A stretch of 63,557 nucleotides of DNA, counting the filler, from Hyphochytrium catenoides (Eukaryota > Protista > Hyphochytriomycota), in assembly GCA_900088475.1 (NCBI GenBank). It is 14 parts of 14 records of this genome, joined end to end, with 100 filler letters (N's around TTAATTAATTAA, not from the genome) between each part and the next. Parts side by side here need not be neighbours in the genome. Positions count along the whole stretch, not along the records: positions 32,433 to 40,048 come from FLMG01001454.1; positions 40,149 to 41,993 come from FLMG01004704.1; positions 42,094 to 44,452 come from FLMG01000093.1; positions 44,553 to 46,226 come from FLMG01002528.1; positions 46,327 to 56,751 come from FLMG01003143.1; 9 more parts are not named here. One strand, written 5' to 3'. Each line of letters opens with the position of its first letter. The first letter of the stretch is position 1. The translations under genes and the position numbers were made by a program. Below are positions 39,888-52,820 of this stretch, one piece after another. The notes under the pieces were generated by a model, which worked only from the letters and a program-made list of their open reading frames with translations, searched no databases and had not been told where the DNA came from.

Positions 39888-41749
39888 CAGACAAGAGAAG
39901 AGAGAAGAAGAGAGATAGGAGGTTGCTTAAAGAATCCAAGAGAGATCAAAACTCCATCCCCTTGGTCTCTCTGTCTTCCATTCTTCCTCTCCTGCAGTCT
40001 CCGCCTCCTTTCTCCCTCTCATTCGTCTCTCTCCTTCTCTCTCTCTCTNNNNNNNNNNNNNNNNNNNNNNNNNNNNNNNNNNNNNNNNNNNNTTAATTAA
40101 TTAANNNNNNNNNNNNNNNNNNNNNNNNNNNNNNNNNNNNNNNNNNNNTAGGTGCAGCGAGTGCACTAGCACCTTCACCGGAAGAGTGATAGAGCTGCTG
40201 ACGAAGTATGAATAGTCCTTATACATGATTGACACTTGCGTCAAGGGACCCTGCTAAACCGTTCTAAGAAAGCATCCTGCCTCGGCTCTGGCGCTGTCAG
40301 ATTAGGTCCGTCAAAGTGCAGCTAATGCACACTCGTCGTTCGTCATTTTTCACGCTATTGATAGGGCCATTGGTCGATGGTGCTTAGCCATAGGTAGCGC
40401 CGACACCAGCTTCAGAAACCCTAAACGACCTATGTGAGCGTGTACTACTATCCCAATCAGAGAACTTTCAGCAGCAATAGGGGGATTCTTGTCCGTGACG
40501 AGAACAAGCAAGAATCACCTTTAGCTTCAACCTGCTTGTCTGCCTCTGTGATTCTGAAGCTTTCTCCTCGAACATTTTTCCAATATCAGCACACCCGTGA
40601 ACGACAGGCATACTCTATATCAAAATATCAGTCACAATTTCCGATTGTATTTGGAATTGAGAGCCGTGCTCACTCGACAGTAATCAATCAGTCTGATCTT
40701 TGGTTCTGGAATGGAGCAGTTTGAAGTTGGGCTTTCATTCAGCAATCAGAAGCACCGCAAGGCCCGTAACCAGGGCGTGGCGCTGGATCGGCATCATCCT
40801 TATGTTATAACTGTTGCCGCGTAGCAGATGCTTATGAGGCGAGGAGTGGAGGACGTAGCAGACAGTCTCAGTCATCGGAGAATCTCCGCCTACTGATAAC
40901 GGTCGGCTAGTTGAGTGCTTCATCTGGTAGTAACAGCCAATCCGGAAATCAATCACAATGTGATATCGGGAGCCAGGATATGTTGATGCCATAGACGAAA
41001 GGAGTTGCTATCATGCCTTTAGGAAAATGTAATGCTGCGGTCTCTTCACCCTCATCCCAGATCTATCGCCCTCGCCAGCACCACTGGTTATGACCGGGAA
41101 CCTTGACGTCTTCGCAGGCCCAGCGGAGTGGTACATTGAAGGAAGACATAATGACCTCTGAGAGGAGCGTGCAGAGCCTGAGTAGAGAGCTGCTGGTGGA
41201 TGCTGAATTCTGCTCTTGTCGAATTTTCTCACCAAAGTCAGCTCTGCTCTTGCTGTCCGTTTTATCGACTACTGTTTGCTTCGCTATTCTATGATATACA
41301 GAACTATACTCACCAAATGTCAGGCTACGATCGAGTGCCACAAACAATTCATTATTGCCGAAAGAAGGCGAGTGGCATCACACACGAATAGACACTCCAA
41401 GTGAGTCCGAATGGCTTAGAGGAGTTTACGAAGAAAAGGTTGAACTCTGTTCATTGTGAGATGGTAGGCACGCAAGTGGGTCAGCACGATGGCTCGGCAA
41501 GCAGAGGAGAAGGGTTGAAGGAAGGACCGATAGAAGGCAATCTTTAAGGTCAATCAAGAACACGCTTGCGAGAGTCGTGGGAGACAGAGAGGCAAGCGAG
41601 GTAGGGGTCGAATATCTGTACAGCGTCAAAGCTCCTATGGGTTCCTGTTATATCACATGCGAAAGCACTTTACTTCCTACTAGTGCTTTGGTTTTCTTTC
41701 TATTCGGTAGGCTCGACCCATCGGTATACCTCCTTACCTCTCTATAATC

Positions 41750-41993
41750 TCACAACTTGACATAAGCACAAGTCGAGGGTTCCACGGATCTCAGCGATGC
41801 AGCCACTTTCTCACAGTTGTAACTTTTGCCTTTCTGGCTGTCTGCCCTGTAAAATACTGCCGGCTGACCCATTGGAGCAGGGTATGACCGCCATTTTCCT
41901 TCCTCATAATAAGGAGAAGAGGAAGAGATTTGCTCATTCGACCAAACGTGCCTCCACTGCCCGGTTGGTAGGTAAAAGCGCACATCTTGAACC
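41750..41993 (-). CDS. Glycoside hydrolase family 31 C-terminal fragment (alpha-glucosidase/YihQ-like)
   Basis: VRFYLPTGQWRHVWS...YPAPMGQPAVFYRADS is the typical GH31 C-terminal YLP..W.H.W...AP.G.PPVFYR pattern. The rest is lost at the contig end. Confidence 0.65.
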
Positions 41994-44552
41994 NNNNNNN
42001 NNNNNNNNNNNNNNNNNNNNNNNNNNNNNNNNNNNNNTTAATTAATTAANNNNNNNNNNNNNNNNNNNNNNNNNNNNNNNNNNNNNNNNNNNNCGGAGGA
42101 TGGGCCAGAAGAGGTGCTTAGAGGGAGAGAGACTGAGAGGAGCCAGGACGTTGAACAGGAACAAGAGGCCACGTGAGCTTTAGTGAATGGTTCAATGAGT
42201 GATAAAAGAAGAAGAGACGCCTGAATGACCAGAAGGCGGGATACGACCGTTAATAGCAGGGTCAAACCGTTGCCACCGCCGTCCATAACAGATGCTTACT
42301 TTAGGAGATAAGGAAGAAGGATGACGGTAGCCCCACACGCAAGCACGTAGAGGATGCTGTGAATCTGTCCTAAGAACTGGAAGTCAGTTTGTCTCTAGCT
42401 TTTTATTAGTGGTGCTGCTCCCCTGCTTCCGTTCTACTTTTCTATTTCTTTTTCTCTCGGTCTTCCTCCCATAGAAAGCATGTTACCCCTCAGTACTAAA
42501 AGCAAGGGGACCCCACTCACTGAAAGCCACCGAGTGGAACGCTGAGAGCACCCACCTTCCTGATACCTGGCTGGATGCTCTGGGGTCTCCTCCACTTTTT
42601 CCGGGCGTGCGGTCGGCATCCCTGGCCACCAATCGCCCCGCCGACTTGTAGATGTGCGTTTGGCCATGCCGTAGCTTTCGGTGCCCAGAGTCTTGCGTCG
42701 GAGCCGCGTCTAATACCCTAGGATGTGGGTATAAGAGCAGCGCTATGACAGGGCCACTCTATTTTTACGATGGACTTCTATTTTTATAAAATGCTATTGA
42801 CAATGGCTTCTTCTCACAGCACCATTTCTACCACGTATGAGCAGCAAGGAGGAGAGGACTTTTCACATGATACGCTGATGATGGGATCAGGGAAGCGGCT
42901 TAAAGACTATTTGCATTTATGTCAGTGGCTGGCCTTACAGCCTCAGGTGACGGTCAGGACTGGCCAACAAGTGTCAGTCGGCAGATACTCAACATGGCGG
43001 CCTCTGTTGCTTCCTGTTAGTGGCATTTTCCTTTAACGGTCATTCACTGGTGACTTCAAAGCCAGCTTCGGCTATGAAAAATTCATCCTTATGAGCCCCA
43101 GCACTCTGCGGCTATTTGCTCCTGCTGAGGCACGCACTGGCCGCCATCCAGCAAACTCTTCGCAATGAGGACATCCTCCGGTTAAGGAGGTGAACCAATC
43201 AACAGCAAACAAAAAGAGGTGCGCAAAGCTCTTCAAATGATGATGATTGTCACTTCTATTTATTAAAGGAAGACGCGGGTTGTTGTCGACCTTTGTTGAT
43301 GGTCTCGATGGCGTCTCTATCCCTTTGTTGATGCAAGAGCGAGCTGGTAGCCACTAAGCTGCGAGCCGCTTGATGGTGGGTGCTTTACCAAAAGCCAAGG
43401 TTCAATTCTAATGAAAAAAGAGCCGGGCAGTCTATAGAACTATTGTTGGGGTCTCTGCGCTGCTTCTTGCGGTGAGCAGTAAGAGCGATGAAACAGTATT
43501 CCAACAAGACTTTCTTCTGCATGCCCTTCTTGATCATACTCTACCGGCTAATAAATTGTCTCCTCTTTCTATAGCTGAGAACTAAGCTCTCGTTCGCTTC
43601 ATCAGTTCGCCATCACTAGTAGGACTGACTTTGTTTTCCTCTGTGACAAAGGGTTAAGTCTCCTAACTATGAGTAGAAGGGCTTCACACTCCTCCACCGT
43701 CCGCTATCTACAAAGACGGCATGCCGCTACATCGAGAAAAAGCAAGGCGGGCTAGCTAGCTAGGACCAAGAGGAAGAGGCAACTTAGGACTTACTGAGCA
43801 GCACCATCCACGGACGGTGGTCTGCATATTATATATCCAATGGGCAACGAAATATCAGGCCAATTATCCCCGCGACGACGGCGGGTTTTGGGACTAAGAA
43901 TCCATGACGATTATTTAGTGCGATCTAACTAACTGCCATCTTACTGTCAACCTTACGCAGTCCATCAGCACCAGAGAACTGTCTTCCTTTCCTGCAGCAC
44001 ATCGGAACTTAAGGTAGGTGACCGGATCTTCAGTGTTTGGAGAGAGAAGAAGGGCTGTCTCATAGCATTATAGACGACATTCTCTGGCATCTATGCATCA
44101 ACACAGGTCATGACGATCAAGGCACCGACCAGCCTTCTCCCTGTTCAGATGCGTAGGAAAACTTATCCTGCAGCAGCAATGTTCAGAACGTACACCTTAT
44201 GAGAGGTTTAGGAGCTTCTTCTGATGTTCTCTTCGTTTTCTAGTAGTACTTGCCTCGTCTGTATGTCATATCATGCATCCGGCACAGTGGATAATGTTGG
44301 TTGATTGGTAAGGATTCACGGCGGAGACTTAGGACAAAACATGGCACAGCAAGCAAGCGTGAGGAAGGTTTGTGCCCTGCAGAAACTTCCTAGGAGATCC
44401 TACCACCAATAATGATCATGATGACCCGCCCCTATCTTCGATGATGGAATCGNNNNNNNNNNNNNNNNNNNNNNNNNNNNNNNNNNNNNNNNNNNNTTAA
44501 TTAATTAANNNNNNNNNNNNNNNNNNNNNNNNNNNNNNNNNNNNNNNNNNNN

Positions 44553-44688
44553 TCAGGACTGACTGTTCTAGACAGGGATATCTCTATAACTCCATATCTT
44601 AGGGTCTATTCGGAATAGTTGGCATAGTCCGAATAGCTCTAGATTATGGGACCCCGGTTGGGCTTATAAGTAGAGCACTCTTATCTAA
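44553..44688 (+). repeat. Family D LTR 3' portion, abutting the middle of family C gag
   Basis: Near-identical to 58321-58455. Homology stops at TCTAA, immediately before mid-gag sequence. Confidence 0.8.
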
Positions 44689-44689
44689 A

Positions 44690-46179
44690 GGTGGGATCTG
44701 ATTTTAGGAGATGATGCAAATGAAGGATTTTAAGGACAAGCTACGCATGACCGGAATACTAATGAACCTACCAGACTCCCTGAAGGCGCCAGTAGACGTC
44801 ATCATCCAACTTCAGGGAACAGGAAACCTGACAACTGATCATTTGGTAGAGTATCTGATGAACGAAGTTCGCCGTCAACAACCTTGGGAAGCTAGAACAG
44901 CCAACAGGGCAGACGATTTGGCTATGCCGCAGGTCGTTGCAAACGCACTTGCATCCAACCAAACACGCCCAAAACAAGAACAACCGCAACTGAGCGTCTG
45001 CCCTTATTGCAAGCGCCGGGGAAGACACAAACCAGAAGCATGTTGGGCACTAGCTAAGAATGCGCAGCTTCGGTCATCGTCGTCTCTCAAGGACACCCGT
45101 GAAGACAAGAACGTACCAACATACGATTCAACCACACTATTTGCGGTTTTCATCAACTCCTTACTTACTGACGAAAAGACGAAACTAATAAACTCTCTCA
45201 GAGGAGCTTCCACTTACTCGACAGCGCATAAATCCGATAGGGAAAAACTCATTCTAGGGGGAGTGAATTAGGCATATACTCCTTTCTCGGAGACCTGTAC
45301 AAGTACATGGAACATTGATAGCAGCGGCGCATCCGATCACATAACTGGTGGCGATAGACAACTATTTGATACATAAGAGGAACAGATTGAAGCGGTCAAC
45401 CTACAGACAGCAGACAACAGAACCGTTCAGGCAGTGGGCAGAGGATTCGTCCGCCTACCTAAATCTTTACGACTCATCCGAAATTTTCACACTCGTGAAT
45501 GTTCTGCACGCACCCGGATTAAGAAGCATCTTCTCTAAATTGGACAAGAACTTAAAAAGGGATATCATGTGCTTTGCGCACAAGACGGGTACGTCTACCA
45601 CCTAGATCCAAAAAACGCACCACACCTAGCTACAAGACAAGGTGCACTATCTCTCGGCACACGCGTTGGTACGTTGTTCTACTCAAACGGAACAGGTCAG
45701 AAGCCCTCGATAATAGGTACACACCACATCGGAAACAACCTGGATGAGCCACCAATACACAACCACCAACCAAAGTCGGTTGCCATTTGGCATCGCCACC
45801 TGGGGCACCTCAACATTCCACACATAGGAAACTAGCCAAAGTCGCTAAAGGTATTCAGATCAACCATGATGACGCTCAGTTCTGCTCCGGATGCACTCAA
45901 GGCAGATTGACACGCCGTAAGTTCCCCAAGAAAGCGACTCGTAGAGCGTCAAAACCCCTGGAGCTAGTTCACTCTGATGATGTAGGAATTGTCAGTACTT
46001 AGCCTAGGAGGACGACGCTACTATGTTGTTTTCGTAGATGATCACACCCGGCGGACGTTTATCTACTTGTTGAAATCCAAAGATGAAGTGAGTACTCACC
46101 TGGACACGTTTGTGCGACAAGCGGACGACAAACTGGACGTAAAATCCAGATAATTCGAAGCGATCGAGGAGGAGAATAC
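44690..46179 (+). mobile_element. Ty1/copia family C internal fragment (partial gag, protease, GAG-pre-integrase, integrase N-half), degenerate
   Basis: Gag ILMNLPDS with knuckle CPYCKRRGRHKPEACW; protease WNIDSSGASDHITG; IWHRHLGHLN; CSGCTQG; LELVHSDDV; FVDDHTR; IRSDRGGEY, then cut by a family A LTR. Confidence 0.92.
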
Positions 46180-46226
46180 TGATGAAATTTACAGAGATGG
46201 GTGGCAATGCCTGAAGCTTCTGTATG
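46180..46226 (-). repeat. Family A LTR 3' end inserted into family C integrase
   Basis: TGATGAAATTTACAGAGATGGGTGGCAATGCCTGAAGCTTCTGTAT matches 18536-18581. It starts right after the SDRGGEY codons. Confidence 0.88.
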
Positions 46227-47190
46227 NNNNNNNNNNNNNNNNNNNNNNNNNNNNNNNNNNNNNNNNNNNNTTAATTAATTAANNNNNNNNNNNNNNNNNN
46301 NNNNNNNNNNNNNNNNNNNNNNNNNNTCCTAGATCGCTTGACCAATCAGAGCCTCGGAAAGTTGCGGAAACCTTCCCTAGAATTTGGTAATCTGGTGGTT
46401 TAGGCTATTCAATACCACCCAGTGTCATCGCTGCCTTTTCGTCCTTTCTACTCTGAAAAGAACCTGCTGGCACTTTCCTCAGGTAGAACTACACTTGGCG
46501 TTTCTCTCTCGCCTAATGACATTCTAGTTGAAATAGTTGTTGAAGTCAAAGAAGGAGAGCTCTGCGCGATCTGTCACGCTTTGCGGTCCGTACATCGAGG
46601 AAGAGCCAAGAAGACACTACGAGGACAGTGCACTGATCAGGCCGTTTTTTTCTTATATATTCACTTACCGTTCAGGAGCCTTTCTTAGGCTAAGGAGAAG
46701 GAGAGATGCCAAGCACTTTGGTCTAAGATATATAACGTGCACCTCTTTCTAAGCAGCGCCTCTCTCTCTCTTCGGACTTCAGTTCTCTCCCTACTCCTTT
46801 GTCGCTTACTTTTGCTCCTCTCTTCTTCTTCCTCTCGGAAGTTCATCCGCTTGTTGCGCTCTGCCCTCTCCGTCTCTCTCTCTCTCTCTCTCTTCGCGTT
46901 TCCGCCTCTATTTTACTATCTCCCTCATCCATTCCCATCTCTACTCGCTCTCCGTGTTCCTGTCTCTGGCTGTTTCTATTCTCCCTCACCCACGCACACT
47001 CTCTCTCTCTTTCTCTCTCTCTCTCTCGTTCGCTCTTTTTCTCTCTTCCACCGCCGTGTCTCCGTCCATGTGTCCTCTCTCCCCTCCCTCGTACCATTAG
47101 TGCAGTCTGTCTCTCCTTACTACCAGAGTCACTTCTTCGTCTCTCTCGCTATATTAAAAGCTATTGTGTTTCTCTGTCTGTCCCTCTCCC

Positions 47191-47273
<83 letters not shown>

Positions 47274-47590
47274 TCTCTCTCCCTCCGTCTCTCTCTCTCT
47301 CCTATCTTCATACATCTCCCTCTTTCGATCGTTTGCTCTGTGTCTCTCTCCTTCTCCTCTCTCTCCTCTCTCCCTCTCTGACACCTTCTACCGTTTTACC
47401 AGAGTACTCTCTTCTGGAAGGAAAATGTTCGAACTACCATAGGGTTTCTATGCGTCCCCGTCTAACATCGTACATCATGGTCTAAGAGCTCGCTCCGTGC
47501 CTCTCTGCCTCCATTCTTCTGCCTCTCGCACTCACAGTCCTCTCTCTTCCTCTTCCTCTCTCGGGGGCACTCTCTGGTGGCCGGCTCACT

Positions 47591-47628
<38 letters not shown>

Positions 47629-48171
47629 CTCTCTCTGCCTGGCTCTCTTCTCTCCCGCGCTCTCTCTCTCTCGTTATATTCTCGTCTCTCTTGCGCTTAA
47701 TTTCTTGTCGTTTCTCTTGCTCTCCCTTGCTCTTATTCTCTCCTCTCATCGCTGGCGGGATACAAATGCCCTTTCGAGCAGGTAGAAAGGTCATACTTTG
47801 CGGGAGGTGATGGAGCGGGGAGTGAGGGAAGAGACAGTTCTCTCCTCCGTGTTGATGGCTATGCATGAAGTCAAGGGGCAGAGTGACCTGGGAGAAGGAG
47901 AGCAAGATCTGCGTCTTCGCTATCTGCTCAGAATTCTCTTTCGTCTGCGCACACCTGCTACTCTCAGAAAGCCGATTGCTGTCTGTCCAATGGGCTTCGC
48001 CGTCAACGCAAAGCGCCAGGTCATCGTGGAAGGAGAGCCTCCAAAGAGGAGTGATTCTCATTAATTGCCTATCTAATTGCTCCTACTCATAGTGCAGCTT
48101 CAACTCTCAGATGTCTGGCTGAGCTCTTTCTCTATCTATCACTACCAAGCCGCCTTTCATTTATCAGCAGC

Positions 48172-49723
48172 ATGGCCGGGAGAGCTTTCAGATTTTGCAG
48201 TCTTCTCTTCTCGGTCGCAGCTCTCTCCTCTGTCGATGCCACCAATACTACGATCAAGACGCCGGTGCCGCAGAGCGCGTCTCTCTCTTCCCCTCTTCCT
48301 CCTCCTTCTGCCCCGGCGGCTGCTGTGGACGTGACTGACTGGCCGGTGGGCTGGAAGGAGTATCACACCTATGACGAACTGGTGCAGACTGTCCTGGCAA
48401 CAGAGAAGAAGTTCAGCTCCATCGTGAAAGTGACGCCAATCGGCAACAGCTTTGAAGGACGAGCTATCTATAGCGCCAAGATCTCTAACAATCCTAGTGA
48501 AGAGCAGACCAAACCAGCAGTAAGAGTCTCGCCGTAGCCTGCTTTCTTCTCCGCTTCACATCCCTTCTCGGCCCGTCTCTCTCTCTCTCTGTCTCTTTCT
48601 CTCTCTTCTCTGTCGATGTCTGTCTCTCTCTGTGTCTACAGTTTCTCTATTCTCATGCGCTTAATCTCTCTCTCTCTCTCTCATTTGTTCCTGTTTCCCC
48701 TATCATCTCGTCTGCAGGTACTTTTCATGGGCGGGCAGCACGGACGTGAGCATATCAGCGCGGAAATGACTCTGTACATCCTCGAGCTGCTGACCACGGG
48801 GTATAAGACAGACAAACGTGTCAAGAAACTGGTCGACTCTCTTGAGATCTTCATCGTCTTCCAGCTCAACCCTGACGGTGCCATGTATGACATCACAGAG
48901 GGGACCTCATTCAAGGTAAGGAAGGCACAATGGAGGAGTCATAAGGCGTAGAAGACCTCGCTGTGGTCCGTGGCTGTGGTCCGTGCCTCTTTCTCTCACA
49001 CTCTCTCTCTCTGAGACTGTGTCTTCCTTTCTTCTTTCTCCACTCTCGCTAACTCTCTTCCATCCCTCTGTCCTTCTTCCGTTTACTCTCCTTCTCTTAT
49101 GCATACACTCTGTGTAGCGCTGGCGGAAGAACAGACAGACTACCTTTAAGCCTGGGGTCATCGGCATCGACCTCAATAGGAACTATCCTTATAAATGGAA
49201 CGCTTCCGTCAACGGCGCCTCTGGCGACCCTGAGGACAACAATTACCGAGGAGAATACCCGTTCCAAGCCGTAGAGACAGCCACCCTCCGAGACTTTGTG
49301 GCGCATATCAACAAGGCGAAGAGGTTGAAGACAGCCATTGACTTTCACTCCTTCGACGAGAGCATCATCTGGCCCTACAGCTACACAGCGGAGAAGCTGC
49401 CTTCCGACATGAAGAAAGAGGACTACCAGGTTTTTGAGACAATGGGCAAGGCGATGGCAGCGCTGAACGGCTATAAAGCGCAACAATCTGGCGCTTGGTA
49501 CGTCAGTGACGGGATGTGGGAGGACTGGATGTATGGAGAACACAAGGTGTTTGGCTTCGTGGTAGAGCTCAGCCCATCGTCAAGTGCGAAAGAAGGAGCG
49601 ATGTCCTTCTACCCGCAGGGAGCTAGAGTGAGGAAGATAGTGGAGAGGAATAGAGAGATGGTGCTTTACCTGTTAGAGCAGACGGCCTGCCCCTACAAGG
49701 TCATCGGCAAGTCTTGTTCATGA
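48172..49723 (+). CDS. Secreted M14 zinc carboxypeptidase, carboxypeptidase T-like
   Basis: Three exons (48172-48519, 48718-48915, 49118-49723) join in phase. Signal peptide, YHTYDE, QHGREH, NPDG, WRKNR, GIDLNRNY, DFHSF, catalytic VEL and C-terminal CPYKVIGKSCS. Confidence 0.95.
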
Positions 49724-50345
49724 GAGCAAGAGAGGGTAGTGCTCAAGAGAACTGACAGAATTTGCTGCCAAGTTAGCTGATACAGCGTTGCCGCTGCTGT
49801 GTGTGAGAGAGACAGAGGGAGAGAGATAGAAGAGAGACAGAAAGAAGCGGCTTTACCGAGAATGGAGGTTCCTTTTCTCTCTCTCTCTCTCTCTCTCTAT
49901 TGTTGAAGTCGTGGCACGTTTCTTGGCAAGGTAGACAAAGCGCCAGTATCATAGAAAATGGATGTATTATGTATGTTGAACAGTGAGAAATGTGTTACCT
50001 TTCACGCCTTCGTTGGCCTTTGCCAAAGCCTCTCTCTCGATCCTCCCTCTGCTCTCATTCTTTCTTCTTCTATCCTCTTTCCGACCTACTGGGGTTCAGG
50101 GCCATCTCTCCAAGCTAACGTAATGGGTTCGCTTTCCTTGCTCTTCCTTGACCCTCACTTTCTGAGGTAGTGTGGCGGAGGGTCTGGTCCAGGGCAGAGT
50201 CATCTACGTGACGACTAACTCCACAAGGAGACAGAGTTTTTAGAGCCTTTCTGGGCACCTAAGCTTCGCTTTAGCGTTCTGCTCGAGAGGGCAGGGATCT
50301 AGTCTCTACAATCGAAGCCCGAGTATCTGCTTGCTTCAACTGCTC

Positions 50346-51667
50346 TCAAGGCTTTCTGATCCTTAGTCGTTTGCTGATCATAAGGCTGCCCAGCGTCAGA
50401 TAAAGGAGAGAGAAGTAGTGGAAGACGGGAGCGTTCCCCCAGTGCAGGGCGCCGAGTAAGAACTCGTGGTCAATCTGTCTGGAGCAGAATGCGAGAAAGA
50501 GCAGCAGGACCAGCACTAGAGAGACCGGGATCGGGGTGCCCTCAAAATATTTAACCTTGCCTGATGAAGACCGAACCAAGACATAAGGCAGACAGAGACA
50601 GATAGACAGGGAGCAGGACAGCGGACGAGAGAGAAAGAGCGCAAGAAATGGAGAAAGAGAGAGAGAGAAGGGGGTGGGGAGAGAGAGGGAGGAAGGGAGA
50701 GAGAGGGGAGAGGAGAGGATAGAAATAGAACGGGAGGGAAAGAGAGAGAAGAAAGAGACAAACGGACAGAGAGAGAAGGGAAAAAAGGTTAGGGTGACTG
50801 CAAAAGAGTTGGAGCCTTGCGAAGAAAGAGATAATAAACAAGCGTAAACTCGGATTGACCAATGCAGGCAGCGCTTCCGCAGCAAAACAGGACCAAGACT
50901 GGGGCAACAAGTCAGGTAGACAGGCGACGGGAAATGACCGCCATCGCAAAGGACGGAGCGGTTGCGAGGGATATATGCTCTATACACAGAGAAATAGAAG
51001 ATGGAGAGGAGGACGACGCAGTGGCAAGATGCTGCCAGAGACACAAACAGAGAGGAGAGGGAAAGAGGTGCACAGACAAAGTAATAGTGAGAGAGAGAGA
51101 GAAAGCGACAAGCAACAGCCAAGAATACACATGCAGGATCCAGAAGCTTAGGCTTCATCTCCCTGTCTCTTACCTTGCTTGGAGCCCGTGGCAAGCTCCA
51201 TGCGTGTAGAGTTAAAGCGCGCGAGACGCGCCACCCCGCAGGAGACAAAGAAGACTAGCGCCAAAATGTCCAGCGGGCCGCGCAGCCCCAAAGTGAAGCC
51301 CAGCACCACGGGCGCCACACCGAAAGAAATAGCGTCTGAGAGAGAGTCCAAGTCCGCGCCAAGGTCAGAGCTCTGCTGCATCGCGCGGGCCACAAAACCA
51401 TCAAAAATATCGGCTGTTAATGCGATGGCCTCCAGGGCGAAAGCACCAAAAATCAGCCTCTCATCGCGGAGAATGCAGTCTCCGTTAGCGTTGAAGCTTC
51501 CTCCTCTCTCCCAACAGAGCTCACGACCTTTCTTAGAGGCGGCAGAAGAGGCGGAGAGAAGTGTGGCGCTTTCTGCGAAGAGAATACAGAGAAAGATACA
51601 GCTGGTGCCTACAGAGAGACGTACAGAGAGAGCAATGTGTGTGTGAGTCAAGAGTGTGTCCGTAAGA

Positions 51668-51702
<35 letters not shown>

Positions 51703-52187
51703 NNNNNNNNNNNNNNNNNNNNNNNNNNNNNNNNNNNNNNNNNNNNNNNNNNNNAGAGAGATGGAAAGAGGTTGGGGATACAAGGAGAAAGAAGAGAAAC
51801 AGATGAGACAAAGGCGAACCTGGGTGGGGTAAGGACAAGAGACGGCACGTAAAGAGAAAGAGGAGGAAAAAGAGAAAAGCAATCGGAAGCAAAAGATAAG
51901 GAGAGAGAGAGAAAAAGAATAAAGACAGCGGCAAGGAGACAGGTAAGAGTCTCTCATATGTTCATCTTCCAGCCAGACGCCGGCTTCCCAGAAAGAGAGC
52001 ATATACCTGAGATGCCATTGATGAGCGTGATATAGTCTGCAAGGGTCAGAGAACGAAGAAGACTCAGATGCGGCGGCTTGGCACTGTTGGAGGAGGAACT
52101 GGGCGGCGCATGAGCCGCAGGGAGAGGCTGCTGAGCCGTCTCACTGACAGGAGAGCCGCCGCTACCGCCAGCCTTTCTTCGTGCCAT
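50346..52187 (-). CDS. CHO1: CDP-diacylglycerol--serine O-phosphatidyltransferase (phosphatidylserine synthase, CHO1/PssA type)
   Basis: Exons 52187-52007 (LADYITLING), 51608-51174 (DIFDGFVAR...GADLDSLSDAISFGVAP, RLARFN) and 50560-50346 (KYFEGTPIP...LMISKRLRIRKP). Contains the CDP-alcohol phosphotransferase motif. Confidence 0.95.
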
Positions 52188-52618
52188 GGCAACCGCTGTG
52201 AGAGCCTTCACTTCCGCACAGAAGAAATGTATACGAAGAGACGAGCGCAGACGAAAATTGAACAAAGAGTTATTGGGAGAGTGTGGCCCTCTTTTCTCTT
52301 GGTGGGAGAAAATCAGCGTCTGAGGGAGATGAAGACACCCAGAGACGACGATCAGAGCTAAAGAGCGAGGTGTGGCCCCAAGACAGAGTAACAGAGAAGA
52401 GTGAGCGAGCGAGAGGAGGAGAGAGAGAGAGACAGAGAGAGAGAGAGAAAGAGAGAAAGACAGGGAGAATAAGAGGCACAAAGATCTTCCTGTTGCGAAC
52501 ACGTGACCGTTATCGCGTCATCCCCAACCTTCCGACCGCACTACTAACTAGCCGTTACCGGCTCCTCCCATCACATAGGTCGTTCTACAGTAGGAGAGAG
52601 AAAGAGAAAGAGAAAGTA

Positions 52619-52660
<42 letters not shown>

Positions 52661-52682
52661 GGAGAAAGAGAGAAAGAGAGAA

Positions 52683-52719
<37 letters not shown>

Positions 52720-52728
52720 AAGAGAGAA

Positions 52729-52763
<35 letters not shown>

Positions 52764-52786
52764 AAGAGAGAGGGAGAAAGAGAGAA

Positions 52787-52820
<34 letters not shown>

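Noticed and set aside
46327-48100. Gene divergent from the carboxypeptidase, and a CCAAT box near 46341
   Set aside because: Splice-like sites exist, but I could not build a consistent frame or recognise a product.
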